Shown here: positions 46,527 through 56,200 of the stretch, piece by piece
Numbering within the stretch: the first letter of the stretch is position 1
Layout of the letters: each line of letters opens with the position of its first letter
From: Myxococcota bacterium
Lineage (GTDB): Bacteria; Myxococcota_A; UBA9160; UBA6930
NCBI GenBank assembly: GCA_965223415.1
Contig: OZ245002.1
Span: forward strand, 3,072,001-3,136,000
Direction of reading: 5' to 3'
DNA length: 64,000 nucleotides
Translations under genes and position numbers: made by a program
Notes under the pieces: generated by a model
What the model saw: the letters and a program-made list of their open reading frames with translations, nothing else
The model's database searches: none
Told to the model about the DNA's origin: nothing

Positions 46527-48134
46527 ATGACGATACGCCAGGCCAACATCTCGAAGCTCGCCGAGCGCAGCTACGACGTGCTGATCGTCGGCGGCGGGAT
46601 CAACGGCGCGGTGTGCGCCTCGGCCCTCACCACCATGGGCGCCCGGGTGGCGCTGATCGACCGCGGGGATTTCGCCGGCTCGACCAGTCAGGAGTCCTCG
46701 AACCTGGTCTGGGGCGGGATCAAGTACCTGGAGACCGCCGAGCTCGGGCTCGTGTGGAAGCTGTGCCTCTCGAGGAACAAGCTGATCCGGACCTACCCTT
46801 CCACCGTGAAGGAGGTGCGTTTCTTCACCAGCCTGGAGGCCGGCTTCCGGCGCAGCCGGCTCACCCTGTATCTCGGCGCGCTCCTCTACTGGCTGCTCGG
46901 GAGCTTCTTCACCCGTGGGCCGCGGCTGCTCAGCAACGCCCAGATCCGCGCCGAGGAGCCCGCCATCGACACCTCCCACACGGTCGGTGGCTTCGAGTAT
47001 TCCGACGCCTACCTGGTCGACAACGACGCGCGTTTCGTGTTCAACTTCGTGCGCGCCGCGATCGACCACGGGGGCATCGTCGCGAACTACGTGGAATCCC
47101 TGGGCTCGACCCGCGGCGAGGACGGCCACTGGCACACCCGGGTGCGGGATCTCACCGGCGGGCGCGAGCTCTCGGTGCGCTCGCGGGTGCTGGTGAACGC
47201 ATGCGGCCCCCAGGTGGACGAGCACAACCAGAAGAGCGACCAACGCACGAGCCATCGGCACCTGTTCTCGAAGGGCGTCCACCTGATGGTCGATCGCATC
47301 GCATCGGTCACGCGGGTGCTGACCTTCTTTGCTGACGACGGACGGCTCTTCTTCGTCCTGCCGATGGGGCCCAAGTCGTGTCTCGGTACGACGGACACCC
47401 GGGTCGAGGAGCTTCCCGCGAAGGTCACCGAAGACGACCGGGGCTTCATCCTCGAGAACGTGAACAAGCGCCTCGCGCTGGAGCGGCCGCTGACGACCGA
47501 CGACATCATCGCCGAGCGTTGCGGGGTTCGGCCGCTGGTGGTCGAGAGCGGCGGGCGGGATCGGGACGCCGGCGACTGGACCTCTCTCTCCCGGAAGCAC
47601 GCGATCGAGGTCGATCGCCTGAACCGTCACATCTCGATCTTCGGCGGCAAGCTCACCGATTGCCTGAACGTCGGTGAGGAGGTGGCCGAGTGGGTGAGCG
47701 AACTGGGTGTGACGCTTCCCTATCGGGGCATGCGCTGGTATGGTGAGCCGCCGGACGAAGTGCGCGACGAGTACTTCCACCAGGCGGTCCTGATGGGTCT
47801 CGATGCGATGACCGCGCCCGAGTCGTCAGAGCTCCTCAGCACCCGCCTCTGGCGCCGCTACGGCGCGAGCGCGCTCCGGCTGCTGGAGGACATCCGCCAG
47901 GAGCCCCACATGGCGGAGGTGCTGATCAAGGGCACCGAGTACATCCGCGCCGAGATCCACCACGCCGCTCGCCGTGAGATGGTCGTCAAGCTCGAGGATT
48001 TCCTGCGCCGCCGCAGCAAGATCGCCCTGATCGAGCGCACCGACACGATCCGCGAGGCCCCCGGCCTGGCCGAAGCCTGCCGCATCCTCTTCGGCCACGA
48101 CGCCGAAGCTCGCATGCAGGAGTACTTCGATTGA
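46527..48134 (+). CDS. glpD: FAD-dependent glycerol-3-phosphate dehydrogenase/oxidase
   Basis: GGGINGA, DFAGSTSQESS, SKGVHL, GTTD, GVRPL, GGKLT. Confidence 0.85.
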   Translation: MTIRQANISKLAERSYDVLIVGGGINGAVCASALTTMGARVALIDRGDFAGSTSQESSNLVWGGIKYLETAELGLVWKLCLSRNKLIRTYPSTVKEVRFFTSLEAGFRRSRLTLYLGALLYWLLGSFFTRGPRLLSNAQIRAEEPAIDTSHTVGGFEYSDAYLVDNDARFVFNFVRAAIDHGGIVANYVESLGSTRGEDGHWHTRVRDLTGGRELSVRSRVLVNACGPQVDEHNQKSDQRTSHRHLFSKGVHLMVDRIASVTRVLTFFADDGRLFFVLPMGPKSCLGTTDTRVEELPAKVTEDDRGFILENVNKRLALERPLTTDDIIAERCGVRPLVVESGGRDRDAGDWTSLSRKHAIEVDRLNRHISIFGGKLTDCLNVGEEVAEWVSELGVTLPYRGMRWYGEPPDEVRDEYFHQAVLMGLDAMTAPESSELLSTRLWRRYGASALRLLEDIRQEPHMAEVLIKGTEYIRAEIHHAARREMVVKLEDFLRRRSKIALIERTDTIREAPGLAEACRILFGHDAEARMQEYFD

Positions 48135-48161
48135 GAAACGGGGCCTCTGGCCCCGCTTCTT
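48135..48161. terminator. GC hairpin between convergent genes (putative terminator)
   Basis: GAAACGGGGCC-TCT-GGCCCCGCTTC. Confidence 0.5.
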
Positions 48162-49219
48162 CACTCCAGCAGCTCGGCGATGGCGATGCCGCTCTCGCCG
48201 GCGACGGCGTAGAGGAGGTAGGTGCGGCCGTCCTCCTCGAAGATGGCCGGGTCGCGGAGCTGGTTCACGTGGCCGTAGGCGGTGCTTCGCATCGAGGGCG
48301 CGAGGGGAGCGTCCGCGCCCTCCCACGGTCGCTCGGGGCGGAGGACTTCCACGGGCTCGCTCTCGGTCCACGTCTCCCAGGGGCCGAAGAGGTCGATCGT
48401 CGAGCGCAGGATGCGCTCCGGGACGTCGCCGACCCGCGTCCAGAAGACGTGCAGGGTGTCGCCCCGGCGCAGCAGCGCTGCGTGGCGCATCTCGGGCTCG
48501 AAGAGCAGCGGACCCTCCTCGAAGCCGCTGAGGCCGTCTCTCGATCGGTAGAGCTGACCGGGCATCGCGAGGCCGTAGGTCATGCCGTCGTGGGCGAAGG
48601 CGCGCAGGTAGGTCTTGCCGAGGATCTCCGGCCGGGCCTCGAAGTGGATCCCGTCCGGCCCGGTGGCCACCCGGGTCACCTGCCGCGCGAAGGCCTCGAG
48701 GCCATGGAAGTACATGACGATGCGTCGGTTCGCGTCGTCCACGTGCACGTCTGGCGACGCGATGTGCGGCGTCGTCAGCTCCTGCTCGAGATCGTGGGGG
48801 AGCTTCACGCCCGAGGCCTCGAGGAGGCCGCGCATCTTCGGCATGGCGCCGGCGGGCACCTCCGGCGGCCGGACGGCGAAGTGGGAGTCCTCGAGCCGAA
48901 GGCTGCCGGGGACGTGGACGCGCCATGGGCCGGTGAGCGCATCCGCGTAGGCCAGGCGGATGTAGCGGCCCTTGTGATCGGCGAAGTAGAGGTAGTAGCG
49001 GCCGAGGGGGGACGGCACCCAGTCCGGCACGCGGATCAGCGATGGGCCCTGGATGTTCGGTCCGATGCTCGGATGCGTCTTCTCCGTGACGATGGGCGCA
49101 TCCAGCAGCCGTTCGACCTTCACGACCGTGCCTCCAGGAGGGGCGGGCTGCACGCGATAGGCGCAGGCGCCCAGGACCAGGAGCCAGGCGACCCAGATCT
49201 TCCGGCGACGCCCCCGCAT
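48161..49219 (-). CDS. Lipoprotein with glycoside-hydrolase-like beta-propeller (GH43/GH32-like fold, uncertain)
   Basis: Lipobox LVLGAC; YYLYFADH, AYAD...GPW, ASPDV, LRDPAIFEEDG. Confidence 0.6.
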   Translation of the reverse strand: MRGRRRKIWVAWLLVLGACAYRVQPAPPGGTVVKVERLLDAPIVTEKTHPSIGPNIQGPSLIRVPDWVPSPLGRYYLYFADHKGRYIRLAYADALTGPWRVHVPGSLRLEDSHFAVRPPEVPAGAMPKMRGLLEASGVKLPHDLEQELTTPHIASPDVHVDDANRRIVMYFHGLEAFARQVTRVATGPDGIHFEARPEILGKTYLRAFAHDGMTYGLAMPGQLYRSRDGLSGFEEGPLLFEPEMRHAALLRRGDTLHVFWTRVGDVPERILRSTIDLFGPWETWTESEPVEVLRPERPWEGADAPLAPSMRSTAYGHVNQLRDPAIFEEDGRTYLLYAVAGESGIAIAELLE

Positions 49220-49468
49220 TCCCCATACGATAGGGGAAGCGCGACGCCCGAGGAGAAGCGCCATCGGCGGGTGGCGCATTGGCACCGCCCCCGATTCCGA
49301 GGCTGGGCCGCACCTCAGTGCGCGGGAACCGATGAGGCCGAGCAGCTGGGCATCCTGCGCCTCGATGACGAGGGGCTCTCCCGCCTTCGCCGAAGGGCGA
49401 CGCTCCCAGCCGCCCGGTGGCAACGCGGGTGTACGATCGAGGAAATCCGATACCCGAGGAGAAACGTC

Positions 49469-49927
49469 ATGCCCGTTCTCGAAGAGCTCTGCACCCTGCA
49501 TGCCAGCCTGGCCGAGCCCGTCGACGTGGGGGCCACGCCCGCGGGTCAGCGGCAGGTCTTCGACGTGACGGGAGGCCGCGTCGAGGGGCCACGGCTGAGT
49601 GGCCGGGTCCTCCCCAGCGGCGGGGACTGGCTCTTGATCGGCGCGGACGGCGTGGGCCGCCTCGACGTGCGCGCCCTCGTCGAGACGGACGAGGGTGCCC
49701 GGATCTACGTCCAGTACCACGGCGTGCTCGTGATGAACGAGGCCGTGATCTCGGCCCTCGGCCACGGCAGCGAGACCCGGTTCGGCGACACCTACTTCAT
49801 GACCGCGCCGCGCTTCGAGACCGGTCACCCGGACTACGCATGGCTCAACGCGGTGGTCGCCGTCGGCCAGGGGCGGCTGCTGCCCGGCGCGGTCGAGTAC
49901 CGGGTCTTCGAAGTCCGAAACGACTAG
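49469..49927 (+). CDS. DUF3237 family protein
   Basis: SD GAGGAG; GGRVEGPRLSGRVLPSGGDW, LDVR, PRFETG...WLN. Confidence 0.88.
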   Translation: MPVLEELCTLHASLAEPVDVGATPAGQRQVFDVTGGRVEGPRLSGRVLPSGGDWLLIGADGVGRLDVRALVETDEGARIYVQYHGVLVMNEAVISALGHGSETRFGDTYFMTAPRFETGHPDYAWLNAVVAVGQGRLLPGAVEYRVFEVRND

Positions 49928-49933
49928 GTCGCG

Positions 49934-50494
49934 CTAGAAGAAGAGCCCCAAGGTCGGATACGCGATGTCCGCGAGGTCCATCACGATCTCGCGGCTCGCG
50001 ATGCGCAGGCCGCCCTCGCCACGCCGCAGGACATCGCGGCGCTGGCCGGCGTACAGGTAGCTCTCGCAGCCCGGTCGGCTGTAGAAGAGGTGGAAGTTGC
50101 TCGTGACGGCGAGCTGGTCGTCGGAGACCTCGTGGATCTCGACGTTGCCGACGATCCGCCGCGTTCGCGCGGGCGGGTTCTCGGCCCAGGAGTTGGGGGC
50201 GTAGGCGCGCTGTACGCGCATCGCCAAGTAGGGGTGGCTCTCGTCGCGGACGGGAAGACCCTCGGAGTCGGGGGCCTCGAGCTCGCGCTCGACGCTGATC
50301 ATCGACTGCTGTCCACGCTCGGCGTTGTCGACGAGGGGATTCCCGCGGGCGGGCATCACATAGCGGACGTCCTCGGTGCAGAGGGCGAGCCAGGTCTGGT
50401 ACTCGCGCCCGTCGAGGAGCCGGGCCTCGCGGTAGTAGAACTGCTCCACTTCTTGCTGGAGCTCCGGAGTCACGCTGCCGGGATCGCGCGCCAT
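49934..50494 (-). CDS. Aromatic ring-hydroxylating dioxygenase beta subunit
   Basis: EQFYYREARLLD, WAENPPARTRR, GQRRDVLR. Confidence 0.92.
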   Translation of the reverse strand: MARDPGSVTPELQQEVEQFYYREARLLDGREYQTWLALCTEDVRYVMPARGNPLVDNAERGQQSMISVERELEAPDSEGLPVRDESHPYLAMRVQRAYAPNSWAENPPARTRRIVGNVEIHEVSDDQLAVTSNFHLFYSRPGCESYLYAGQRRDVLRRGEGGLRIASREIVMDLADIAYPTLGLFF

Positions 50495-51777
50495 CACACA
50501 CCCTCCACGGCTTCGAGAGCCGCGCGCCAGCGCTGGAAGAAGTGCCGGGCGTAGAACTCGTTGGCGGTCGTGCTCACGAGGCCGGGCCAATCGGGATCCG
50601 GCGCCTCCTCCCCCTCCCCGAGGCCGTAGAAGTAGGGCCGGTCGTCCGCGAAGTCGATGTTGCTCCCGAGGAACTGCTGGGCCCAGGCCTCCGAGTCCTC
50701 CTGCTCCACGATGCCGCCCGGCCCGAAGAACGAGGTGTGGTTGCCGCGCAGGACCTTCTTCACGGATTCCGGAGCATCGGCGGGCACGACCGAATACGAC
50801 CAGTACTCGACCTTCCCCGGCCCGCGTGGGTGACTCACCTTGAAGGCCGTGTTGGACCAGAGGAAGGAGAGGTTCGGGTAGACGCCGAAGGTGAGCCCCT
50901 TCATGCGCGCTCGGAGGGGACCGACTCGCTCGGCCGCGCGGGCGTGGACCTCGCGCAGATAGTCGTGCACCTCGGGGCCGCCGAGGAGGCTCGCGAGGGC
51001 CTCGAAGCCCCAGGCCACCTGTTCGACGGGCGCGTCTTCGGGCATGAGCCGGAAGGTGGCGCCGTGCCCGGCGCCGGGAACGACGCTCATGCCGTAGTCG
51101 ACGATCTGGCGATTGGCTTCGGCAGGAATGATCGAAGCGTGCAGGAACGGTCCGTGGTTCACGTCGCCGAGCTGGTTCTCCATCGGGAGCTTCCAGTTCG
51201 CCTGGATGACCCAGCGCTGCGGGCTGCCCACGAACTCGACGCCCTCGGGAAAGCGATCGAAGAAGGCGCCCAGGTAGTACTTCATGTCGCCGAGGTAGTC
51301 GTCGAGCGGCTCGATCTCCTCGTCGAAGCTCCCGAAGATCATCCCGTTCCAGCTCTCGACCCGCGGCACCTTCTTGAGCCCGAGCCGGCGCTTGTCCGGG
51401 CGCCTCTTCACCTGACGCTCCTGCGGGATCGCGCGCAGCTCGCCGTTCACGTCGTAGCTCCAGTTGTGATAGGGGCAGATGAAGCTCTTCGCGTTTCCGT
51501 GGTCGGCGCGACAGACGGGGAGGCCGCGGTGCGTGCAGCTGTTGATGCTCGCATGCACGGCCTGATCCTTGCCGCGTGCCACGACAATCGGCGTCTCGCA
51601 CATGTAGGCCTGCACGAAGTCGCCGGGGTTCCGGATCTGCGACTCGTGGGCGAGGAAGAGCCAGGAGCGACCGAAGATGCCGCGCTTCTCGAGCTCGTAG
51701 ATGGCGGGGTCGCTCCAGGCACGACGGTGGATGAGCGTCGCGCCGTCGTTCACCACGTCGCGGATCTTCAGCGGCAA
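50494..51777 (-). CDS. Rieske aromatic ring-hydroxylating dioxygenase alpha subunit
   Basis: CTHRG...CPYHNW Rieske motif; NWKLPMEN...DVNHGPFLH; EQED. Confidence 0.94.
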   Translation of the reverse strand: MPLKIRDVVNDGATLIHRRAWSDPAIYELEKRGIFGRSWLFLAHESQIRNPGDFVQAYMCETPIVVARGKDQAVHASINSCTHRGLPVCRADHGNAKSFICPYHNWSYDVNGELRAIPQERQVKRRPDKRRLGLKKVPRVESWNGMIFGSFDEEIEPLDDYLGDMKYYLGAFFDRFPEGVEFVGSPQRWVIQANWKLPMENQLGDVNHGPFLHASIIPAEANRQIVDYGMSVVPGAGHGATFRLMPEDAPVEQVAWGFEALASLLGGPEVHDYLREVHARAAERVGPLRARMKGLTFGVYPNLSFLWSNTAFKVSHPRGPGKVEYWSYSVVPADAPESVKKVLRGNHTSFFGPGGIVEQEDSEAWAQQFLGSNIDFADDRPYFYGLGEGEEAPDPDWPGLVSTTANEFYARHFFQRWRAALEAVEGV

Positions 51778-51798
51778 GGGGTCCTCCCGGGCGGTGGC

Positions 51799-51826
51799 AT
51801 GGAAATTATCGTACGATAATATCCAT
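51799..51826. promoter_or_regulatory. Palindromic operator / divergent promoter between dioxygenase and TetR
   Basis: Perfect 16-bp ATTATCGTACGATAAT (51805-51820), extended by ATGGA/TCCAT. Confidence 0.75.
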
Positions 51827-52427
51827 GCAAGCGACCAAGGGCGAGCGCACCGCCGCCCGCATCCTCGACGCCGCCGAGACGGTGTTCGCGGAGCGCGGCT
51901 TCGAGGCCGCGTCGCTCCGCGAGATCGCGCGCCGCGCGGACATCCAGCAGCCGGGCCTCTACAACCACTTCGCGAGCAAGCGCGACCTCTACGCGGCCGT
52001 GCTCGACCGCGCGCTCACGCCGATGGCCGAGGCCATGGGCGAGCGGGTGCAGGGTGCCCGGAGCCGCAAGGACTTCGAGCGGCTCCCGGCCGTGATGACC
52101 GACCTCCTGCTCGATCACCCGCGGATCTCGGCGCTGTTCCAGCAGGCGCTCCAGTCGGACGACGCGCCGGGCCAGGACCTGATGCGGGAATGGCTCGATC
52201 GACTCCTGGCCATGGGCGTCGAGACCATCCGGGGCTCCGCCACGCGTCCGCCCGACCGCGCGGACCTGGCGATCCAGATCGTCGCGATGTTCAACGTGAC
52301 GACCGGCTACTTCCTCTCGCAACGGGCCCTCGACAGTCTTGGTGCGGGCGACCTTGCCGACCCGGACAACATCGCGCGGCAGAAGGCGCTGCTCGGCCGC
52401 ATCGCGCGCGCGATCGCGAAGAAGTGA
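51825..52427 (+). CDS. TetR/AcrR family regulator
   Basis: RILDAAETVFAERGFEAASLREIA...LYNHFASK. Confidence 0.92.
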   Translation: MQATKGERTAARILDAAETVFAERGFEAASLREIARRADIQQPGLYNHFASKRDLYAAVLDRALTPMAEAMGERVQGARSRKDFERLPAVMTDLLLDHPRISALFQQALQSDDAPGQDLMREWLDRLLAMGVETIRGSATRPPDRADLAIQIVAMFNVTTGYFLSQRALDSLGAGDLADPDNIARQKALLGRIARAIAKK

Positions 52428-52466
52428 ACCCGGAGGGGAGGGCGGAGCCGGGGCGCCGTCCCTCCC

Positions 52467-53528
52467 TCAAGCGAACTCGGGCAGCACCTCTTCGACGAGC
52501 CGTTCCAGCGAGTCCTCCCAGGCGCCCTGCTCGGTGCTGAAATCGTAGATCATGACGAGCAGCGAGCCGAAGCCGCCGGTGTCGTGCTGCAGCTGGCCGA
52601 GCTTGTCGATCACTGTCTGGCTCGAGCCCACGAACCAGCTCTTCTCGACCAGGTAGTCGACGGTGATGTCGGAGTCGGCGTCGCTCGGGTCGACCTTGAA
52701 GTGCTCGGCGAACCCGTTGCTCAGGTAGAAGGGCAGCAGGTACTCGCGCCAGCAGCGACCCATGGCGCCGTCGCGAGCCTGCTGCTTCGCCTTGTCGTCC
52801 GTCTCGCCGACATAGATCTCGCGCACGAGGCGCCACTCGGCGCGATCGGGTGTTCGGCCGCTCCGCTCGGCGCCTGCGACGATCGAGCCCCAGTGCGATG
52901 CCGTGTGTGCTGGGTTGAGTGAGATGCTGAGCGGGAGGAAGCCGCGCTCGCCCGCGAGCTTGAGGGTCTCGGAGCTCGGGCTCAGGCCCGCGATCCCGAT
53001 CGGGGGATGGGGCTTCTGGTACGGGCGCAAGTGGTACTGCAGGAACTCGCTCTCGACCTTGCGCAACTTCCAGTGGTCCCCGTCGAGGTCTTCGGGACCG
53101 TCGTTCCAGAGCTTCAGCATGATCTCGAGGGACTCGGCCGTCATGCGGCGGTTCTCTCCGCCCTCCGCATCGATGCCGAACAGCTGCAGGTCGCCTGGGA
53201 GCGCGCTGATGCCGATACCGAGCATGTATCGCCCCCGCGCCATGTGATCGAGATAGGCGACGCGGTGCGCGAGCTCGACCGGGTGGTGGTAGGGCAGCAG
53301 GTGCGCGCCCGGACAGAGCTTCATGCGCTGGGTGCGCGTCAGCGCCTCCGCGATGAGCAGGTCGGGCGCCGGGCACGGCTCCCATCTCGCCGTGAAGTGC
53401 TCACCGATCCACGCTTCCTGGAAGCCGAGCCGATCGAGCAGCGCGAGCTGGTCCAGGTCCCAGTCGAGCCCCTCACGGATTCCCCGCTCCGGCGGGTGGG
53501 AGGGCATCATGAACGCGCCGAGCTGCAT
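52467..53528 (-). CDS. LLM-class flavin-dependent monooxygenase
   Basis: MQLGAFMMPSHPP, AWIGEHFT, LPYHHPVELAHR, LRPYQKPHPPI. Confidence 0.9.
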   Translation of the reverse strand: MQLGAFMMPSHPPERGIREGLDWDLDQLALLDRLGFQEAWIGEHFTARWEPCPAPDLLIAEALTRTQRMKLCPGAHLLPYHHPVELAHRVAYLDHMARGRYMLGIGISALPGDLQLFGIDAEGGENRRMTAESLEIMLKLWNDGPEDLDGDHWKLRKVESEFLQYHLRPYQKPHPPIGIAGLSPSSETLKLAGERGFLPLSISLNPAHTASHWGSIVAGAERSGRTPDRAEWRLVREIYVGETDDKAKQQARDGAMGRCWREYLLPFYLSNGFAEHFKVDPSDADSDITVDYLVEKSWFVGSSQTVIDKLGQLQHDTGGFGSLLVMIYDFSTEQGAWEDSLERLVEEVLPEFA

Positions 53529-53551
53529 GGGGGATCCTCCGAGGGAGCCGG

Positions 53552-55063
53552 TCAGGCCGGGTTTGTTTCGCGTCGCGCGGCGGCCCAGACGCGGCGCTTC
53601 ACTTCGTCGGGGCGATCGACCACTCGGCACGGATCGTCGATGAAGAGCGTCGCCCGGCGCGGCGGCCCGTAGGCGGGCCACTCCCCGACGGCGTCGCAGG
53701 CCGGATCCCCGGAGCGCGCGAAGGCGCGCCACGCGGCTCGCATGTTCCGGCCGACCTGCTCTACCCCGGGACCCGCGCCGGCAAACTCCGGGACGCGGTC
53801 CTCCGTGCCGAGAACGAAGGGGACGTCGAGCGCATGGCATGCACCGAGCCGGCCCCCGGCCATCGGAGACCGCCGGCAGAAGCGGTACATCCAGGTCCGG
53901 GGAACGTGCCGCGCGTGGCACTCCGCGAGCCGCGTCGCGGGGACGAAAAGGCTCGCATCGGTCTCCACCGCGAAGAAGCGATCGCGTCCCGGGAGCCGGG
54001 CGCCGTCGTAGAGCGCCGCGAGCCGCTCGCCGTGGGCGAGCGCCTCGTCCGGTGGGCCTGGAAGGCGCGTCGCGATGACTCTCGGGATCAGCGCGTCGGG
54101 GATCTCCGGGAACAAGTCGACGAGATGGTAGAGCTGCATCTCGTTCGCCGTCGTTCCGATGATGAGCGGAACGTCGTGGGCAGCGCCCTTCGCAATCGCC
54201 TGCATCGGGGCTTCGGGAAGCACCTCGCCGTCGACGATGGGGCCGAAGAACATACCGATGCGACGAGGCCCAGGCTCCTGACAGCGCGCCTGCGCGGCGA
54301 CGATCGCGTCGGCGTCGCACGCGAGAAGCGCCTCGAGATCCCCGGGCTCGACACCGAGCTCTTTCGCGAAGATCGCGGCGCGCTCCGCTCCCTCCTCACG
54401 GGAGAGAACGCCCTCCGGCGCAGCGCTCTGGATGATCGCCCTGTGGAAGAGTCCGCGCGCCGCCGGGAGCGCGAGAAGCGCAGTGATGCTGCCGGCCCCT
54501 GCCGACTCCCCGAACACGGTCACGCTGTCGGGATCGCCCCCGAAGGCGGCGATTTCCCGCTGTACGAAGCGCAGCGCGGCGACCTGGTCCTGGAGCCCGC
54601 GGTTCGGCGTTCCGAGGCCGAGGAAACCGAGCGCACCCACGCGGTAGTTCAAGGTGACCACGACGACATCGCCTTCCGCTGCGAGGGGGCCGCCATCGTA
54701 CGCGGGGCCGGCCGCCGTCCCCGAGGCGAAGGCGCCGCCGTGGATCCAGAACATGACGGGGCGCGGAGCCGCCGCTTCGCCCGCCGGTGCGAAGACGTTC
54801 AGCGTGAGACAGTCCTCGCTCGCGTCGTGTCGGCCGAGTAGTCCCAGGCGCAGGGACAGCTCGTCGAAGGCCTGTGGCGGCGCTGGTCCGAACGCTCTTG
54901 CGTCACGAACGCCCGTCCAGGGCTCCGCCGCCCGAGGCGCCTCGAACCGCAGCCTCCCGACCGGCGACGCGGCATACGGGATGCCGAGGAAGCGGCGCAC
55001 GCCGCCCTCGGCAACGCCGCCCAGCCGTCCCAGACTCGTCGTGACCTCGGGACCGATACTCAC
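53552..55063 (-). CDS. Type-B carboxylesterase
   Basis: FLGIPYA, SEDCLTLNV, WIHGGAF, FGESAG, ACHALD. Confidence 0.93.
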   Translation of the reverse strand: MSIGPEVTTSLGRLGGVAEGGVRRFLGIPYAASPVGRLRFEAPRAAEPWTGVRDARAFGPAPPQAFDELSLRLGLLGRHDASEDCLTLNVFAPAGEAAAPRPVMFWIHGGAFASGTAAGPAYDGGPLAAEGDVVVVTLNYRVGALGFLGLGTPNRGLQDQVAALRFVQREIAAFGGDPDSVTVFGESAGAGSITALLALPAARGLFHRAIIQSAAPEGVLSREEGAERAAIFAKELGVEPGDLEALLACDADAIVAAQARCQEPGPRRIGMFFGPIVDGEVLPEAPMQAIAKGAAHDVPLIIGTTANEMQLYHLVDLFPEIPDALIPRVIATRLPGPPDEALAHGERLAALYDGARLPGRDRFFAVETDASLFVPATRLAECHARHVPRTWMYRFCRRSPMAGGRLGACHALDVPFVLGTEDRVPEFAGAGPGVEQVGRNMRAAWRAFARSGDPACDAVGEWPAYGPPRRATLFIDDPCRVVDRPDEVKRRVWAAARRETNPA

Positions 55064-55152
55064 CCGACACGCTCCCATTCAGCCGGCAGCGGGATTGCGG
55101 CAGCCTCCCAAGGGCGGGCGCGGGTGTCTCGGCTTCGATCGGCGTCGGACAT
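55060..55152 (-). pseudogene. 30-aa ORF, probable internally deleted TetR remnant
   Basis: SD GGAG + ATG; MSDADRSRDTRARPWEAAAIPLPAEWERVG*; TGA overlaps esterase GTG. Confidence 0.5.
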
Positions 55153-55189
55153 GGCGGCACTCCAACGGAGGCGCGAGGCACGCTAGGAG

Positions 55190-55211
55190 AAATGGACCAA
55201 CACGTCTAGTT
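55190..55211. promoter_or_regulatory. Imperfect palindrome, TetR-type operator candidate
   Basis: AAATGGAC-N6-GTCTAGTT overlapping a minus-strand TAGACG-N17-TAGCGT promoter-like pair. Confidence 0.5.
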
Positions 55212-55306
55212 CCTTCGCTCGCTACGCTCCCTGAGGTGCTCGAAGCGGCCGGCGAGCGCACCACCGGCAACGTGGACGGATCGGGAACCGAGTGAACGGG
55301 GGCCCC

Positions 55307-56191
55307 ATGAAGATTGGACTCTGCTTCCCCTACAGCCAGGAAGGGCTGACCCGCGACGTGATCCTCGAGTGGTTTCGCCGTGTCGACGAGGGTCCATTCT
55401 CCTCCCTTTCCTGCGGCGAGCGGATCGTGGGATCGAGCGTCGACCTGCTCGCGATCCTGGCCGCGGCGGCCGCGGTGACGACCCGCGTGCGCATCGTCCC
55501 GACGCTCTACGTGCTGCCGATGCACCCGGCGATCCGTGTCGCGAAGCACGCAGCGACCCTCGACCTGATCTCCGGCGGGCGCACCTCGATCACCGTGGGC
55601 GTCGGTGGCCGCGCCGACGACTACCGCTGCATGGAGCGCGAGCCCGCGCGTCGCTACGCGCGCATGGACGAGCAGGTCGCCCAGATCCGGAGCATCTGGG
55701 CGGGGGAGCTGCCTTTCGAGGGCACCGAGCCGGTCGGGCCCGCCGTCGTCCAGCCGGGTGGCCCGCCGATTCTCGCCGGCGTGACCGGTCCCAAGGGAAT
55801 CGCACGCGCCGCCAGGTGGACCGACGGCTACTACTCCTGGTCGAGCAACGGCGTACGCGACGAGATCGCGAAGCAGGGCGAGCTCATCGACGCCGCGTGG
55901 GACGAAGCAGGTCGCGAGGGCCGGCCCGAGCGCGCCGCGGGATTCTGGTACTCGCTCGCGCCGGATGCCCAGGAGAAGCTCGAGGCCTACGTTTACAAGT
56001 ACATCAAGGTGCTCGGCGAGCCGGCGGCCCGGTACATGGCCTCCCAGGTCGACCGCTCCTCTCCCGACGCCGTGCGCGCCTCCCTCGACGCCTACGAGGA
56101 GCTCGGCGTCGACGAGTGCTGGCTCAACTCGGCTACCGCGGAGATTGCAGAGATCGACGGGCTGCTCGAGCTGATCGAGAAGCGCGGCTAG
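55307..56191 (+). CDS. LLM-class flavin/F420-dependent oxidoreductase
   Basis: MKIGLCFP, GERI, AAAVTTRV, ATLDLISGGR, VGPAVVQPGGPPI. Confidence 0.88.
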   Translation: MKIGLCFPYSQEGLTRDVILEWFRRVDEGPFSSLSCGERIVGSSVDLLAILAAAAAVTTRVRIVPTLYVLPMHPAIRVAKHAATLDLISGGRTSITVGVGGRADDYRCMEREPARRYARMDEQVAQIRSIWAGELPFEGTEPVGPAVVQPGGPPILAGVTGPKGIARAARWTDGYYSWSSNGVRDEIAKQGELIDAAWDEAGREGRPERAAGFWYSLAPDAQEKLEAYVYKYIKVLGEPAARYMASQVDRSSPDAVRASLDAYEELGVDECWLNSATAEIAEIDGLLELIEKRG

Positions 56192-56200
56192 ACGGCGCCA

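Noticed and set aside
49220..49468. Possible ncRNA or gene remnant in the 250-bp divergent gap
   Set aside because: No recognisable RNA family motif or convincing protein similarity by eye; needs Infernal/BLASTX.
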